Below, one piece after another: positions 1 through 13,900 of a DNA stretch of 64,000 nt; the stretch's first letter is position 1; the number at the start of each line of letters is the position of its first letter. The notes beneath the pieces are model-generated. The model ran no database searches, was not told the origin of the DNA, and saw nothing but the letters and a program-made list of their open reading frames with translations. Both the position numbers and the translations under genes were made by a program. This DNA is from the human T2T-CHM13v2.0 reference genome, Homo sapiens, in assembly GCF_009914755.1 (NCBI RefSeq), contig NC_060946.1, one strand, 5' to 3'.

Positions 1-3000
1 ACGTTTGCATTCATCTCACATGTTTGAACCTATCTTATGATTGAGCAGTTTAGAATCTCTCTTTTTGTAGAATCAGCCAGTGGATATTGGGAGCCCTTTG
101 CATCCTATGGTGGAAAAGGAAATATCTTCAGATAAAAACTACACAGAAGCATTCTCAGAAACTTCTTGGTGATGTGTGCTTTCAACTCACAGAGTTGAAC
201 CTATCTTTTGATGGAGCAGTTTTGAATCTCTCTTTTTGTGGAATCTGCAAGTGGATTTTTAGAGGGCTGTGAGGCCTAAAGTGGAAAATCAAATATGTTC
301 ACATAAAAACTACACAGAAGCATTCAGAGAAACTACTTTGTGATGTGTGCATTTAACTCACAGAGCTGAACCTAACTTTTGATTGAGCAGTTTTGAATCT
401 CTCTTTTTGCAGAATCTGCAAGTGCATGTCTGGAGTGCTTTGAGGCCTATTGTGGAAAAGGAAATACCTTCACATAAAAACTACACAGAAGCATTCTGAG
501 AAACTTCTTCGTGAGGTGTGCACTCAATTCACAGAGTTGAAGTTATCTTCTAATTGAGCTGTTTTGAATCTCTCTTTTTGTAGTATCTGCAAGTGGATAT
601 TTGGAGCCATTTGTGCCCTGTGGTGGAAAAGGATATATCTTCAAATAAACACTACACAGAAGCATTCGGGGAAACTTCTTTGTCATGAGTGCATTCAACT
701 CACAGAGTTGAACCTGTCTTTTGATAGAGCAGTTTTGAATCTTTCTTTTTGCAGAATCTGCAAGTGGATATTTGGAGCACTTTGTGGCCTGTGGTGGAAA
801 AGCAAATATCTTCACATAAAATCTACACAGAAGCATTCTGAGAAACTTCTTTGGGATGTGTGCATTCAACTCACAGAGTTGAACATGTCTTTTGATTGAG
901 CAGTTTTGAATCTCTCTTTTTGTAGAATCTGCAAGTCGATAATTGGAGCCCTTTGGGCCTATGGTGGAAAAGGAAATATCTTCAAATGAAAAATACACAG
1001 AAAAATCCTGAGAAACTTCTTTGTGATGTGTGCATTCATTTAACAGGGTTGAACCCATCTTATGATTGGGTAGTTTTGAAACACTGTTTTTGTAGAAACT
1101 GCAACTGGATATTTGGAGCAGTTTGAGCCCTACTGGGGGAAAACAAATATCTTCAGATAACAACTTCACTGAAGCACTCTGAGAAACTTCTTTGGATGAG
1201 TGCATTCTTTTCACAGAGTTGAACATTTCTTTTGTTAGAGCTGTTTTGAAACACTCTTTTTCTACAATCTTGGAGTGGATAATTTGAGCCCTTGGAGGCC
1301 TATTGTGGAAAAGGAAATATCTTCTCATAAAAACTACACAGAAGCAGTCTGAGAAACTTCTTTGGGATGTGTGCATTCATCTCACAGAGTTGAACCTTTC
1401 TTTTGGTTGAGCAGTTTCGAAACACTCTTTTTGTAGAATCTGCAAGTGGATCATTGGAGCCCTTTGAGGCCTATTGTGGAAAAGGAAATATCTTCACATA
1501 AAAACTACTCAGAAACATTCTGAGAAGCTTCTTTGTGATGTGTGCATTCAACTCGCAGAGTTGAACTTATCTTTTGATTGAGCAGATTTGAATTTCTCGT
1601 TTTGTAGAGTCTGCAAATGGATATTTGGAGCCCTTTGCACCCTATGGTGGAAAAGGAAATATCTTCAAATAAAAACTACACAGAAACATTCTCAGAAACT
1701 TCTTCATTGTGTGTGCATTCATCCCACAGAGTTGAAGCTTTCTTTTAATTGAACAGTTTTGAAACACTCTTTTTGTAGAATCTGCAAGTGGACATTTGGA
1801 GCCCCTTGAGGTCTATTGTGGCATAGGAAATATCTTCACATGAAAGCTACATGGAAGCATTCTGAGAAACTTCTTTGGGATGTGTGATTTCAATTCACAG
1901 GTTCGAACCTATCATCTTATTAAGCCGTTTTGAATCTCTCTTTTTGCAAAATCTGCAATTGGATATTTGGAGCCCTTTGCATCCTATAGTGGAAACGGAA
2001 ATATCTTCAAGTAAAAACTACATAGAAACATTCTCAGAAACTTCTTTGTGATGTGTGCATTCATCTCAAAGTTTTGAGGCTGTCTTATGATTGAGTAGTT
2101 TTGAAACACTCTTTTTGTAGAATCTGCAGCTGGAAATTTTGATCGCTTTGAGGCCTGCCATGGAAAAGCAAGAAACTTCAGATAAAAATGGCATAGAAGC
2201 ATTCTGAGAAACTTCTTTGTGATGTGTGCATTCATTTCACAGAGTTAAAACTTTCTTTTGATTGATCAGTTTTGAAACACTCTTTTTGTAGAATCTTCAA
2301 GTGCATATATGCAGCCCTTTGATGCCTATTGTGGAAAAGAAAATATTTTCACATAAAAACTACACAAAAGCATTCTGAGAAACTTCTTTGTGAGGTGTGC
2401 ATTCAACTCACAGATTGAACTTATCTCATTGAGAAGTTTTGAAACACTCTTTTTGTAGAATCTGCAAGTGGATATTTGGAGCGCTATGAGGCCTACTGTG
2501 GAAAAGGAAATATCTTCACATAAAAATTACACAGAAGCATTCTGACAACTTTCTTTGTGATGCGTGCATTCATCTCACAGGGTTGAAACTTTCTTTTCAT
2601 TGAGCAGTTTTGAAACACTCTTTTTGAAGAATCTTCAATTGGATAATTGGAGGCCTTTGAGGCCTACTGTGGAAAAGGACATATCTTTACATAAAAACTA
2701 CACAGAAGCATTCTGAGAAACTTCTTGGTGATGTGTGCATTCAAATCACAGAGTTTAAACTTTCTTTTGATTGAGCAGTTTTGAATCTCACTTTTTGCCA
2801 CGTCTGCAAGTGGATGTTTGGAGAGCTTTGAAGTGTATTGTGGAAAAGGAAATATCTTCAAATAAAAACTACACATAAGCATTCTGAGAAACTTCTTTGT
2901 GATGGGTGCATTCAACTTACAGAGGTGAACCTATCCTTAGGTTGAGCAGTTTAGAATCTATCTTTTTCGTAGGATCTGCAAGTGGAAATTTGGAACCCTT

Positions 3001-3967
3001 TTCCCTCTGTGGTGGAAAAGGAAATATCTTCAAATAAAAACTACACAGATGCATTCTCAAAAACTTCTTCATGATGTATGCATTCAACTTACTGAGTTGA
3101 AACTTTCTTTTGATTTCACAGTTTTGAATCTCTCTTTTTGCAGAATCTGCAGGTGGATATTTGGAGCCCTTTGTGGCCCATTGTGGAAAAGGAAATATCT
3201 TCAAATAAAAACTGCATGGAAACTTAGTGAGAAACTTCTTGGTTATGTGTTCATTCATCTCACAGGGTAAAACTTATCTTATGATTGACTAGTTTTGAAA
3301 CCGTCTTTTTGTAGAGTCTGCAACTGGATATTTGGAGAGCTTTGAGGCCTACCATAGAAAAACTAATATCTTCAGATAAAAACTATATAGAAGCATTCTG
3401 AGAAACTTCTTTGTGATGTGTGCATTTATCTCACAGAGTTGAAACATTCTTTTGGTTGAGCAGTTTTGAAACACTCTTTTTGTAGAATCTGCAAGTGGAT
3501 ATTTGTAGCCCTCAGAGGCCTATAGTGGAAAAGGAAATATCTTCACATAAAAACTACACAGAAACATTATGAGAAACTACTTTGTGATATGTGCATTCAT
3601 CTAACACAGTTGAACTACTCTTTTGATTGAGCAGTATTGAAAGACTCTTTTTGTAGAATCTGTAAGTGGATAATTGGAGACCTTTGAGGCCTATTATGGA
3701 AAAGGAAATATATTCACATAAAAACTACTCAGAAGCATTCTGACAAACTCCTTTCACATGTGTGCATTAAACTCACAGAGTTGAACCTATCTTTTGATTG
3801 AGCAGCTTAGAATCTCTCTTTTTATAGAATCTGCAAGTGAATATTTGGAGCTCCTTTTGCCGTATGGTGGAAAAGGAAATATCTTCAAATAAAAACTACA
3901 CAGAAGCATTCTGAGAACTTCTTCATGATGTGTGCATTCAACTCACAGGGTTGAATCTATATTTTGA
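1..3967 (+). repeat. Alpha satellite, diverged monomeric-type array, ~23 monomers of ~171 bp, A-type boxes, no CENP-B box
   Basis: The canonical alphoid motif AGCATTCT(C/G)AGAAACTTCTTTGTGATGTGTGCATTCAACTCACAGAGTTGAAC recurs every ~170-171 bp (about 148, 319, 490, 661, 832 ... 3905). The box position reads CTA(T)TGTGGAAAAGGAA or CTATGGTGGAAAAGGAA (A-box), never TTCGnnnnAnnCGGG. Neighbouring monomers differ at many sites. Confidence 0.97.
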
Positions 3968-4738
3968 ATGAATGGAATTGACTCGAATGGAGTTGGCACA
4001 AAAGGATTGGACTCGAATGGAATGGAATGGACTCAAATGAAATGGACTTGAATGGAATGGAATGGAATGGAATGGAATGGAATGGAAAGGAATGGTATGG
4101 AAGGGAATGGAATCAAGTGCAATAGAATGGAATGGAATGGAAAGAAATGGAATAGAAAGAAATGGAATGGATTGGACTCAAATGGAATGGAATGGTATGG
4201 AATGGACTCGAATGGAATGCAATGGAATGGATTGGATTCAAATGCAATGAAATGGGGTCGAATGCAATGGAATGGAATGGAATGGATTGGTATAGAATGC
4301 AATGGAGTGGATAGGAATGGACTGGAATCAAATGGGATGGAATGAAATGGACTCGAATGGAAGGGAATAGATTTGAATGGAATGGAATGGAATGGTCTCG
4401 AATGGATTGGAATAAACTGGAATGGAATCAAAGGGAATAGAATGGACTTGAATGGAATGTAATGAAATGGAATGCACTTGCATGGAATGGAAGGGAATGG
4501 ATTCTAACGGAATTTAATGGAATGGAAATGAATTGAATGTATTCAAATGTAATTTAATGGATTGGAAAGGACACGAATATAATGGAATGGAATGGAATGG
4601 ACTCGAATGGAATGGAATGGAATGGGTTGCAAGGGACTCGAATTGAATAGAATGGAAAGGAATGGACTCTAATGGAATGGATTGGAAAGGAATGGTATTT
4701 AATGGATTGAAAATCCATGGAATGGAATGGACTCCAGT

Positions 4739-4920
4739 GGAAATATCATCGAATAGATGTGTATGGAATCATCATCGAACGGTCACGAATGGAAAAAACA
4801 TTGAATGGACTCGAATGGTATCAATATCGAATGGACTCGGAAGGAATCCTTATCGAATGGACTTGAAAGGAAAAATCATCAAAAGGACTCGAATGGAAAC
4901 GTCAGTGAATGGAAGGGGAT
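4739..4920 (+). repeat. HSat2-like island: 7 tandem diverged copies of a 26-bp unit (~GGAATCATCATCGAATGGACTCGAAT)
   Basis: Units start at 4739, 4765, 4791, 4817, 4843, 4869 and 4895, exactly 26 bp apart. Examples: GGAATCATCATCGAACGGTCACGAAT, GGTATCAATATCGAATGGACTCGGAA, GGAAAAATCATCAAAAGGACTCGAAT. ATCATCGAATGG is the HSat2 hallmark. Confidence 0.8.
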
Positions 4921-7900
4921 GGAATGGAAAGGAACAGAATGGAATGGAGTCGAATGGAATGGAAAGCAATGGAAGGGAGTCGAAAGGAATGAACTGTAAT
5001 GGAATAAAATCACAAAGAATGGAAGGGAATTGTCTCGAAAGGATTGGAATGGAAAGGAATGGGCTCGAATGGAATGAAATGGACACGAATGGAAAGGAAT
5101 GGAATGGAATGGACTCGAATGGCACACAATGGAATTTAAAGGAATGGTCTCTAAAGGAATGGAATGGAAGGGACTCGAATGCAATCGAATCGAGTGGACT
5201 CGAATGGAATGGAATGCAATGGACTCGAATAGAATGGAATGCAATGGGCTCCAAAGGAAAAGAATGGAATGGAATTGAATGGAATGGACTGGAATGGAAT
5301 GGACTCCAAAGGAATGGAATGGAATGGACTCGAATGGAATGGAATGGACCCGAACGAAATGCAATGGAACGGAATGGAATGGAATGGAATGGAATAGAAT
5401 GGTATAGAATTAAATGGACTGGAATGGTATGGACTCGAAAGGAAAAGAATGGAATGGACTTGAATGGAATGAACTGGAATGGAATGGACTAAAAAGGAAT
5501 GGAATGGAATGCAGTCAAAGGGAATGGAATGGACCCAAATGGAATGGATTGCAATCCAATGGAATAGAATGGAATGGAATGGAATGCAATGGAATGGAAT
5601 GGAATGGAATGCAATGGAATGGAATGGAATGGAATGGGATGGAATGCACTGCAATGCAATGGAATGATATTGAATAGAATGGACTTCAATGGAAGAGAAT
5701 GGAATGGAGTGGAATGGACTCGAAAGGAATGGAATGGAATGGACTCAAATGGAATGGAATGGACACGAATGGAACGGAATGGAATTTAATGGAGTGAAAT
5801 GGAATACAATGGAACTTAATGGAATGGACTCTAAAGGAATGGAATGGACTCAATGGAATGGAATGGAATGGAATGGAATGGACTCGGATGGAAAGGAAAG
5901 CATATGAATGGAAAGGAATGGATTTGAAAGGAATGGAATGCATTTAAATTGAATGGACACTAATTGAATGGAATCTAATGGAATTGAATGGAATGGACTC
6001 GAATGGAATAGAGTGGAATGGACTTGAATGGAATGGACTGGAAACGAATGGAATGGACTCCAGTGGAACGGAATGGAATAGACTCAAATGGAATGGAATG
6101 GACAAGAATGCAATGCAATGGAATGGAATGGAATGGAATGGAATGTACTGGAATGCAATGCAATGGAATGGAATGGAATGCAATGGAATGGTATTGAATG
6201 GAACGGACATCAATGGAAGAGAATGGAATGGAGTGGAATGGACTCCAAAGGATTGGAATGGAATGGACTCGAATGGAACGGAATGGACACTAATGGAACG
6301 GAATGGACACGAATGGAACGGAATGGAAAGGAATGGACTTAAATGGAATACAATGGAATTTAATGGAATGGTCTCTAAAGCAAAGGAATGGACTTGAAAG
6401 GAATCGAATGGAATGGAATTGACTAGAGTGGAATGCAATGGAATGTACTCGAATGGAATGGAATGCATTTGAATGGAATGGAATGGACTCGAATGGAATG
6501 GAATGCATATCAAATTGAATGGAATCTAATGGAATGGAATGGAATGGAATCAAATGGAAAAGAATAGAATGGACTCGAATGGAATGGAATGCAATAGAGT
6601 GGACTAGAATGGAATGGAATTGAATGGACTCAAATGGAATGGAACGGAAATGAATGGTCTCGAAAGGAATGGAATGGAATGGAATGGAATGGAATGCACA
6701 GGAATGGAATGGAAAGGAATTTATTCGAATGGAATAGAATGGAAAGGACCCGAATGGAATGGAATGGAATGGTCCCAAATGGAATGGAATGGAATGGAAT
6801 GGAATGGAATTGACTCGAATGGAATGGAATTCAGTGGAGTGGACACGAATGGAATAAAATGGAATGAAAAGGAATGCACTTGAAAGGAATTTAATGGACG
6901 TGAATGGAATGGGCTGGAAAGGAATGGACAAAAATGGAATGGAATGCAAATGACTCAAATGGAAGAGAATGGAATGGAATGGACTCGAAAGGAATGGAAT
7001 CGAATAGAAGGGAAAACAATGGAATGGAACGGAATGGACTAGATTAGAATGGAAAGGAAAGGACTTGATTGGAATGGAATGGAAGGGAATGGACTCGAAT
7101 GGAATGGAATGGAATGGACTCAAATGGAATCAAATGGAATGGAACTGAATGAATGGAATGCAATGGAGTAAAATGGAATGGAATGGTATGGAATGGAATG
7201 GACATGAAAGAAAGAGTGGAATGGACTTGAAAGGAATGGAATGGAATGGACTCAAATGGAATACAAAGGAATTTAATGGAATTGTCCTTAATGGAATGGA
7301 ATGGACTTGAAAGGATGAGAATGAAATGGAGTGAAATGGACTCGAAAGGAATGGAATGGAATGGACTCAAATGGAATACAATGGAATTTAATGGACTTGT
7401 CCCTAATGGAATGGAATGGATTTGAATGGAATGGACTCAAATGGAAAGGAATGCAATGGAATGAAGTCAAATGGAATGGAATGGAATGGAATGGACTTGA
7501 ATGGAATGGAATGCAACTGAATGGTACTGAAAGGAATGAAAAGGAATGCATTGGTATGGACTCGAAAGGAATGGAATGGAATGGAATATAATGCAATGTA
7601 ATGGAATTGAATGGTCTCGAAAGGAATGGAATGGAATGCAATGGAATGGACTCGAATTGAATGCAAGGGAATTGATTCGAATAGAACTGAATGGAATGGA
7701 CTCGAATGGAATAGAATGGAATGGACTCAAATGGAATGGAGTGGAATGGAATGAACTCAAATGGAATGGCATGGAATGGAATGGAGTCGAACGGAATACA
7801 GTGGAATGGAATGGACTCGAATGGAATTCAAAGGAATGGAATGGAACAGAATGGAATGCAATGTAATGGAATGGATTCGAAAGGAATGGAATGCAATGGA

Positions 7901-10900
7901 ATGAAATGCAATGTAATGCAATGGAATGGACTCGAATGGAATCAAAAGGATGGCAACTGAATTGAATGGACACGAAAGGAATGGAATGGAATGGAATGGA
8001 ATGGAATAGAATAGAATGGAATGGGTTGGACTCGAATGGAATGGAATATAATATACAAAAATGGAATGCAATGACCTCGAATGGAATGGAATGGTATGGA
8101 ATCAACTCGAGGGGAATTTAATGGAATGGAATGAAATCGAATGGAATGGACTGGAATGGAATGGGATGGAATGGACTCGAATGGAATGGGGAGGAATGGA
8201 ATGGAATTGAGTAAAATGGAACGGAAAGGATTCAAATGGAATAGCATGGAATGAAATGGACTCAAATGCAATGGAATGAAATGGACTCGACTGGAATGGA
8301 ATGGATTCAAATGGAACAGAAAGGAATGGAATGGACTCGAACGGAATACAGTGGAATGGAATGGAATCAAATGGAATGGAAAGGAATGGACTCGAATGGA
8401 ATAGAATGCAAAGGGCACAAATGGAATGAAGTGGAAAGGAATTTACTCGAATGGAATGGAGTGGAATGCAATAGAATGGAATGGAATGGAATGGACTTGA
8501 ATGGAATAAAATAGAATGGACTCGAATGGAATGGAATGCAATGGATCTAATGGAATGGAATGGAATTCAATAGAATGTACCAGAATTGAATGGAATGGAA
8601 AGGAATGGACTCAAATAGAATAGAATGGAATGGAAACGAGAGGAATGGAGTGGAATGGAATGGACTCAAATTGAATGAAGTGGAATGGACTCGAATTTAA
8701 TCAAATTGAATTGAATTGACTCGAATGGAATGGAAAGGAGCGGAATGGAATAGACTCGATTGGAATGGAATGGAATGGACTCGAATTGAATGGAATGGAA
8801 TGCACACGAATGGAATGGAATCGAATGGAAAGGAATGGAATGGAATGGAATGGAGTGGACTGGGATGGAATGGTATGGTATGGAAGGGAGTGAAATTGAA
8901 TGGAAGAGAACGGAATGGAGTGGAATGGACTTGAAAGGAATGGAGTGGAAAGGAATCGAATGGAATACAATGGAATTTAATGGAATGGCCTCCAATGGAA
9001 TGAAATGGAATGGACTCGAAAGGAATGGACTCGAATGGAATGGAATGGAATGGAACGGAATGGAATGGAACGGAATGGAGTGGAGTGGAATGGAGTGGAA
9101 TGGAATGGAATGGAGTGGAATGGAATGGAACGGAATTGTATGGAATTGAATGGACTTAAATGGCACAGAATGGAATGGAATCAAATGGACTCGAAAGGAA
9201 TGGAATTGAATGTGCTCGAATGGAATGGAATGGACAGGCATGGAATGGAATGGAATGGACTTGATTGTAATGGAATAGAATGGACTCGAATGGAAAAGAA
9301 TGTAACGGATTCGAATGGAATGGAGTGGAATGGAATGGACTCGAATGGAAAGGAGTGGAATGGAATCGAATGTAATGGAATGGAATTGAATAGACTAGAA
9401 TGGAATGGAATGTAGAGGAATAGAATTTTATGGAATGAAATGGAATGGAAAGGAATGGAAAAATGGACTGGAATGGAATGGAATGGACTGGAATAGAATG
9501 GACTCGAAGGGAATGGAATGGAATAGAATTGAATGAAATGTAATGGACTCGAATGCAATGAAATGGAATAAAATTGAATGGACACTAATGAAATGGAATC
9601 TAATGTAGTAAAATAGAATGGACTTGAATGGAATAGAATGGAATGGACTCGATTGGAATAGAATGGAACGGAGGGTACTCGAATGGAATGGAATGGAATG
9701 GAATGGAATGGAATGGAATGGAATATAGTGGAATACAATGGAATGGACTCGAATGGAATGGAATTGAATGGAATGCACTCACATGGAATGGAATGGATTT
9801 GAATGGAATGGACTCAAAAGGAATGTAATGGAATGGAATGGATTGTACACAAATTGATTGGAATGCAATTGAAATGGACTCGAATGGAATGGAATGGTTT
9901 GCACACAAATGGATTGGAATGCAATTTAAATGGACTCGAATGGAATGGACTCAAATGGAATGGAATGGAATTGAACGGACTAGAAACGAATGGAATGGAA
10001 TGAAATGGAATGGAAAGGAATGGAATAGAATGGAAGGGAATGGAATGGACTCGAATGGAATGGAATGAAGTCGAATGGAATGGAAAGGAAGCGAATGGAA
10101 TAGAAGGGAATGGATTCAACTCGAGTGGAATGCAATGGAATGGAATGGAATGGGACAGAATGGAATGTACTCGAATTTAATGGAATGGAATTGAATGGAC
10201 GCGAATGGAATGGAATGGGATGAAACCGAATGAATGGAATGCAATGGAATGGACACAAATGGAATGGAATGGAATGGAATGGAATGGAATGGAATGGAAT
10301 GGAATGGATGGGTCTGAAATGGAATGGAATGGAATGGTTTCGAAAAGAATGGAATGAAATGGAATGGACTCGAATGGAATGGGATGGAAAGGAATCGAGT
10401 GGAATGCAATGGGCTCGAATGGAATGGAATGAACCCGAATGGAATGGAAAGGAATGGAATGGAATGGAATGCAATGGTATGGAAAGGAATCTAATGAAAT
10501 GGAATGAATTGGAATTGACTGGAATGGAAAATAATGGAATGGAGTTGAATGGACTCGAATGGAATGGAATGGAAAGGACTCCAATGGAATGGAATGGCCT
10601 CGAACGGTAAGAAAAAGAATTTAACGGTATGGACTCTAATGGAATGGAATCCAATGAAATAGAATGGAATGGACTCGAATGGAATAGAATGGAATGTAGT
10701 CGAATGGAATGGAACACAATGGAATGGTCTCGAATGGAATGGATTAGATAAGAATGGACTCAAATGGAATGGAAAGAAATGGAAGTGATTCGAATTGAAT
10801 GGAATGGAATGTCCTCGAATGGAATGGAATGGACTCGAACGGAATGGAATGGAATGGAATTGAATTGGCTCCAGTGGAATTGAACAGAATGCAATGGATT

Positions 10901-13900
10901 CTAATGGAATAGAATGGAACGTACTCGAATGGAATGGAGACGAATGGAGTTTACTCAAATGGAAAGAAGTGGAATGGAATCAAATGGAATGGAATGGAAT
11001 GGAATGGAAAGGACTTGAAAGGAATGGAATGTAACGGAATGGAATGGACTCGAATGAAATGGAAGTTAATGGAATGAAATTTAGTCAAATGGAGTGGAAT
11101 TGAATGGAATGGACTCAAAAGGAATGGAAGTTAATGGAATGAAGTTTAGTCAAATGGATTGCAACGGAGTGGAATGGACTAGAAAAGAATGGAATGGAAA
11201 GGAATGATGTCGATTGGAATGGAATGGAAAAAAAATGGACCAGAATGGAATGAAATGGGATTGAATGGAACAGAATTGAAAGTCATTTAGACTCGAACGG
11301 AGTGTAATGGAATGGACTCTAATGGAATGCATGGACTCGAAGAGAATGGAAAAGAATGGACCTAAATTGAATGGAATGGTATGGAATCGAATGGAATGGA
11401 ATGGACTCTAATGGAATGGAATGGAATCAAATGGACTAGAAAGGAATGGAATGGAATGGACTCGAATGGAATGGAATGCAATGGACCAGAATGGAATGGA
11501 TTGGAATGGAATGGAATGGACTCGAATAGAATGGAATGGACTGGAATGGAATGGAATGGAATGGACTCGAAGGGAATATAATAGAATGGACCCGAATGTA
11601 GTGGAATGGAATGGACAAGAGGGGAATGGAATGGAATGGGATTTAATGGAACAGAACCGAATGGTATGGAATGGAATGGACTTGAATTGAATAGAATGCA
11701 ATGGAACGAAATGGACTTGAAAGGAATGGAATTGAATTTACCAGAATGGAATTGAATGGAAAGTAATGGAATGGAATTATATGGAATGGAATGGAATGGA
11801 ATGGAGTGGAATGGAATGGAATGGAACACAATGGAAAGGTATGGAATGGAATGGACACGAAAGGAATGGAATTGAATGGACGCAAATGGAATGGAATGGA
11901 ATGGACAAGAAAGTACAGTAATTTAATGTAATGGAATGGTTTGGAATGGAATGGACAAGAGAGTATTGTAATTTAATTTAATGGAATGGTTTGGAATGGA
12001 ATGAATGGAATGCAATGGACTCGAATGGAATGGAATTGAATGGAATGGACTCAAATGTAATGGAAAGTATTGGAATGGAAGGGACTTGAATAGAATGGAA
12101 TGGAATGGAACGGAATGCACACGAATGGATGTGAATGAAATGGACTCGAATGGAATGGAATGTACTCGAATTGTACATGGAGTGGAAGGGAATGGAATGT
12201 ACTCGAATATAAAGGAATGGAATGGACTCGAATGATATAAAATGGAATGCACTCGAATCTAATGGAACAGAATGGAATGGACTCCAGTGGAGTTGAATGG
12301 AATGGACCCGAATGGAATGGAGTGGAAAGGAATGGACTCGAATGGAATGAAAAGGAATGGAACCGAATGGAATGGAATGCAATCGAATAGAATGCAATTG
12401 TATGGATTGGACTCGAACAGAATGTAATGGAATGGAATCGAGTAGAATGGAATTGACTCAAACGTAATGGAAATGATTGGACTAGAATGGAATGCAATGA
12501 AATGCAATGGAATGAAAGGAGATGGAAGGAAACGAAATGGACTTGAATGGAACGGAATGGACTCAGATAGAATGGAATGCAATGGAATGAATTGGATTGG
12601 AATGGAATGGAATGGCCTCGAATGGGATGGAATGGAATTGAACGGACTAGAAAGGAATGGAATGGAATGGAATAGAATGGAATGGAAAGTTACGGAATAG
12701 AATGGAATGGAATTGAATGGAATGGACTCGAATGGCATGGAATGGACTCGAATGGAATGGAATGGAATGAACTCGAATGAAATGGAAAGGACGCGAAAGG
12801 AATGGAATGGAAAGGAATTGACTCGAGTGGAATGGAATGCAATGGAATGTACTCGAATTTAATGGAATGGAATTGAATGGACGCGAATGGAATGGAATGT
12901 AATGGAAACGAATGGAATGGACTCAAATGGAATGGAATGGAATGGATTCGAACAGAATGGAAAAAATGGAATGGACTTGAATGGAATGGAATGTAAAGGA
13001 CTCGAATGGAATGGAATGCGCTTGAATGGAATGGATTGGAAAGAACCAAAATGGAATGGAATGGAATGCAATCTAATTGTATGGAATGAATTGGAATGGA
13101 CTTGAATGGAATAGAATGGAATGGAATGGATTCGAATGGAATGGAATGGAATGGACTCCAATGGAATGGAATGGAATGGAATAGACTCCAATGGAATGGA
13201 ACGGATTTTAATGGAATGGACTCTAATGGAATGGAATCCAATGAAATGGAATGGAATTGACTCAAATGGAATAGAATGGGATGTACCGGAATGGAATGGA
13301 ATGCAATGGAATGGACTCGAATGGAAAGGGTTGGGACAGACAGGACTCAAGTGAATTGGGATGAAATGGAATGGACTCGAATGGAATGGAATGGAATGGA
13401 CGCCATTGGAATGGAATAGCGTCGAACGGAATGGAATGGAATGGAATGGAATGGAATTGGCTCGAATGGCATGGAATGGAATGCAATGGACTCGAATGGA
13501 ACAGAATGCAATGTACTCAAAAGGAATGGAGAGGAAAGGAGTGCAATGGAATCAAATGGAATGGAATGGAATGGAATGGACTCGAAGAGAATGGAATGTG
13601 AAGGAATGAAATGGACTCGAATGGAATGCATTGGAATGGAAAGGAACAGATCGGAATGGTATGGAACGGAATGGACTTGAACAAAAAGGATTGGAATGGA
13701 ATGGAATGGAATCGAAAGCAATGGAATTGAATGGACGCGAATGGAATGGAACGGAATGGAATGGAATGGAATGGAATGGAATGGAATGGAATGGAACGGA
13801 CTCAAAACGAATGAAATGTAATTTACTAGAAACAAAGAGAATGGAATGGACTCGAAAGGAAAGCAGCGGAATGGAATGGATTCGAATGCAGTGGAGTAGA

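Noticed and set aside
1981-2001. Possible CENP-B box (TATAGTGGAAACGGAA)
   Set aside because: It lacks the required TTCG and CGGG core bases; it is an A-box with an A>C change.
87-3270. ORFs in alpha satellite, including 277 aa at 543-1376 (-)
   Set aside because: 171 bp is divisible by 3, so open frames propagate across monomers (repeated AHITKKFLRMLLC). This is a known spurious translation of alphoid DNA.
4739-4920. CRISPR-like repeat/spacer reading of the regularly spaced units or of the GGACTCGAAT decamers
   Set aside because: The units are contiguous diverged tandem copies with no unique spacers, leader or cas genes, and the context is primate satellite.
4662-5492. 276-aa ORF with a less repetitive N-terminus
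   Set aside because: The apparent complexity comes from reading through the 26-bp-unit island, which shifts codon phase with each unit. The remainder is MEWNG repeat.
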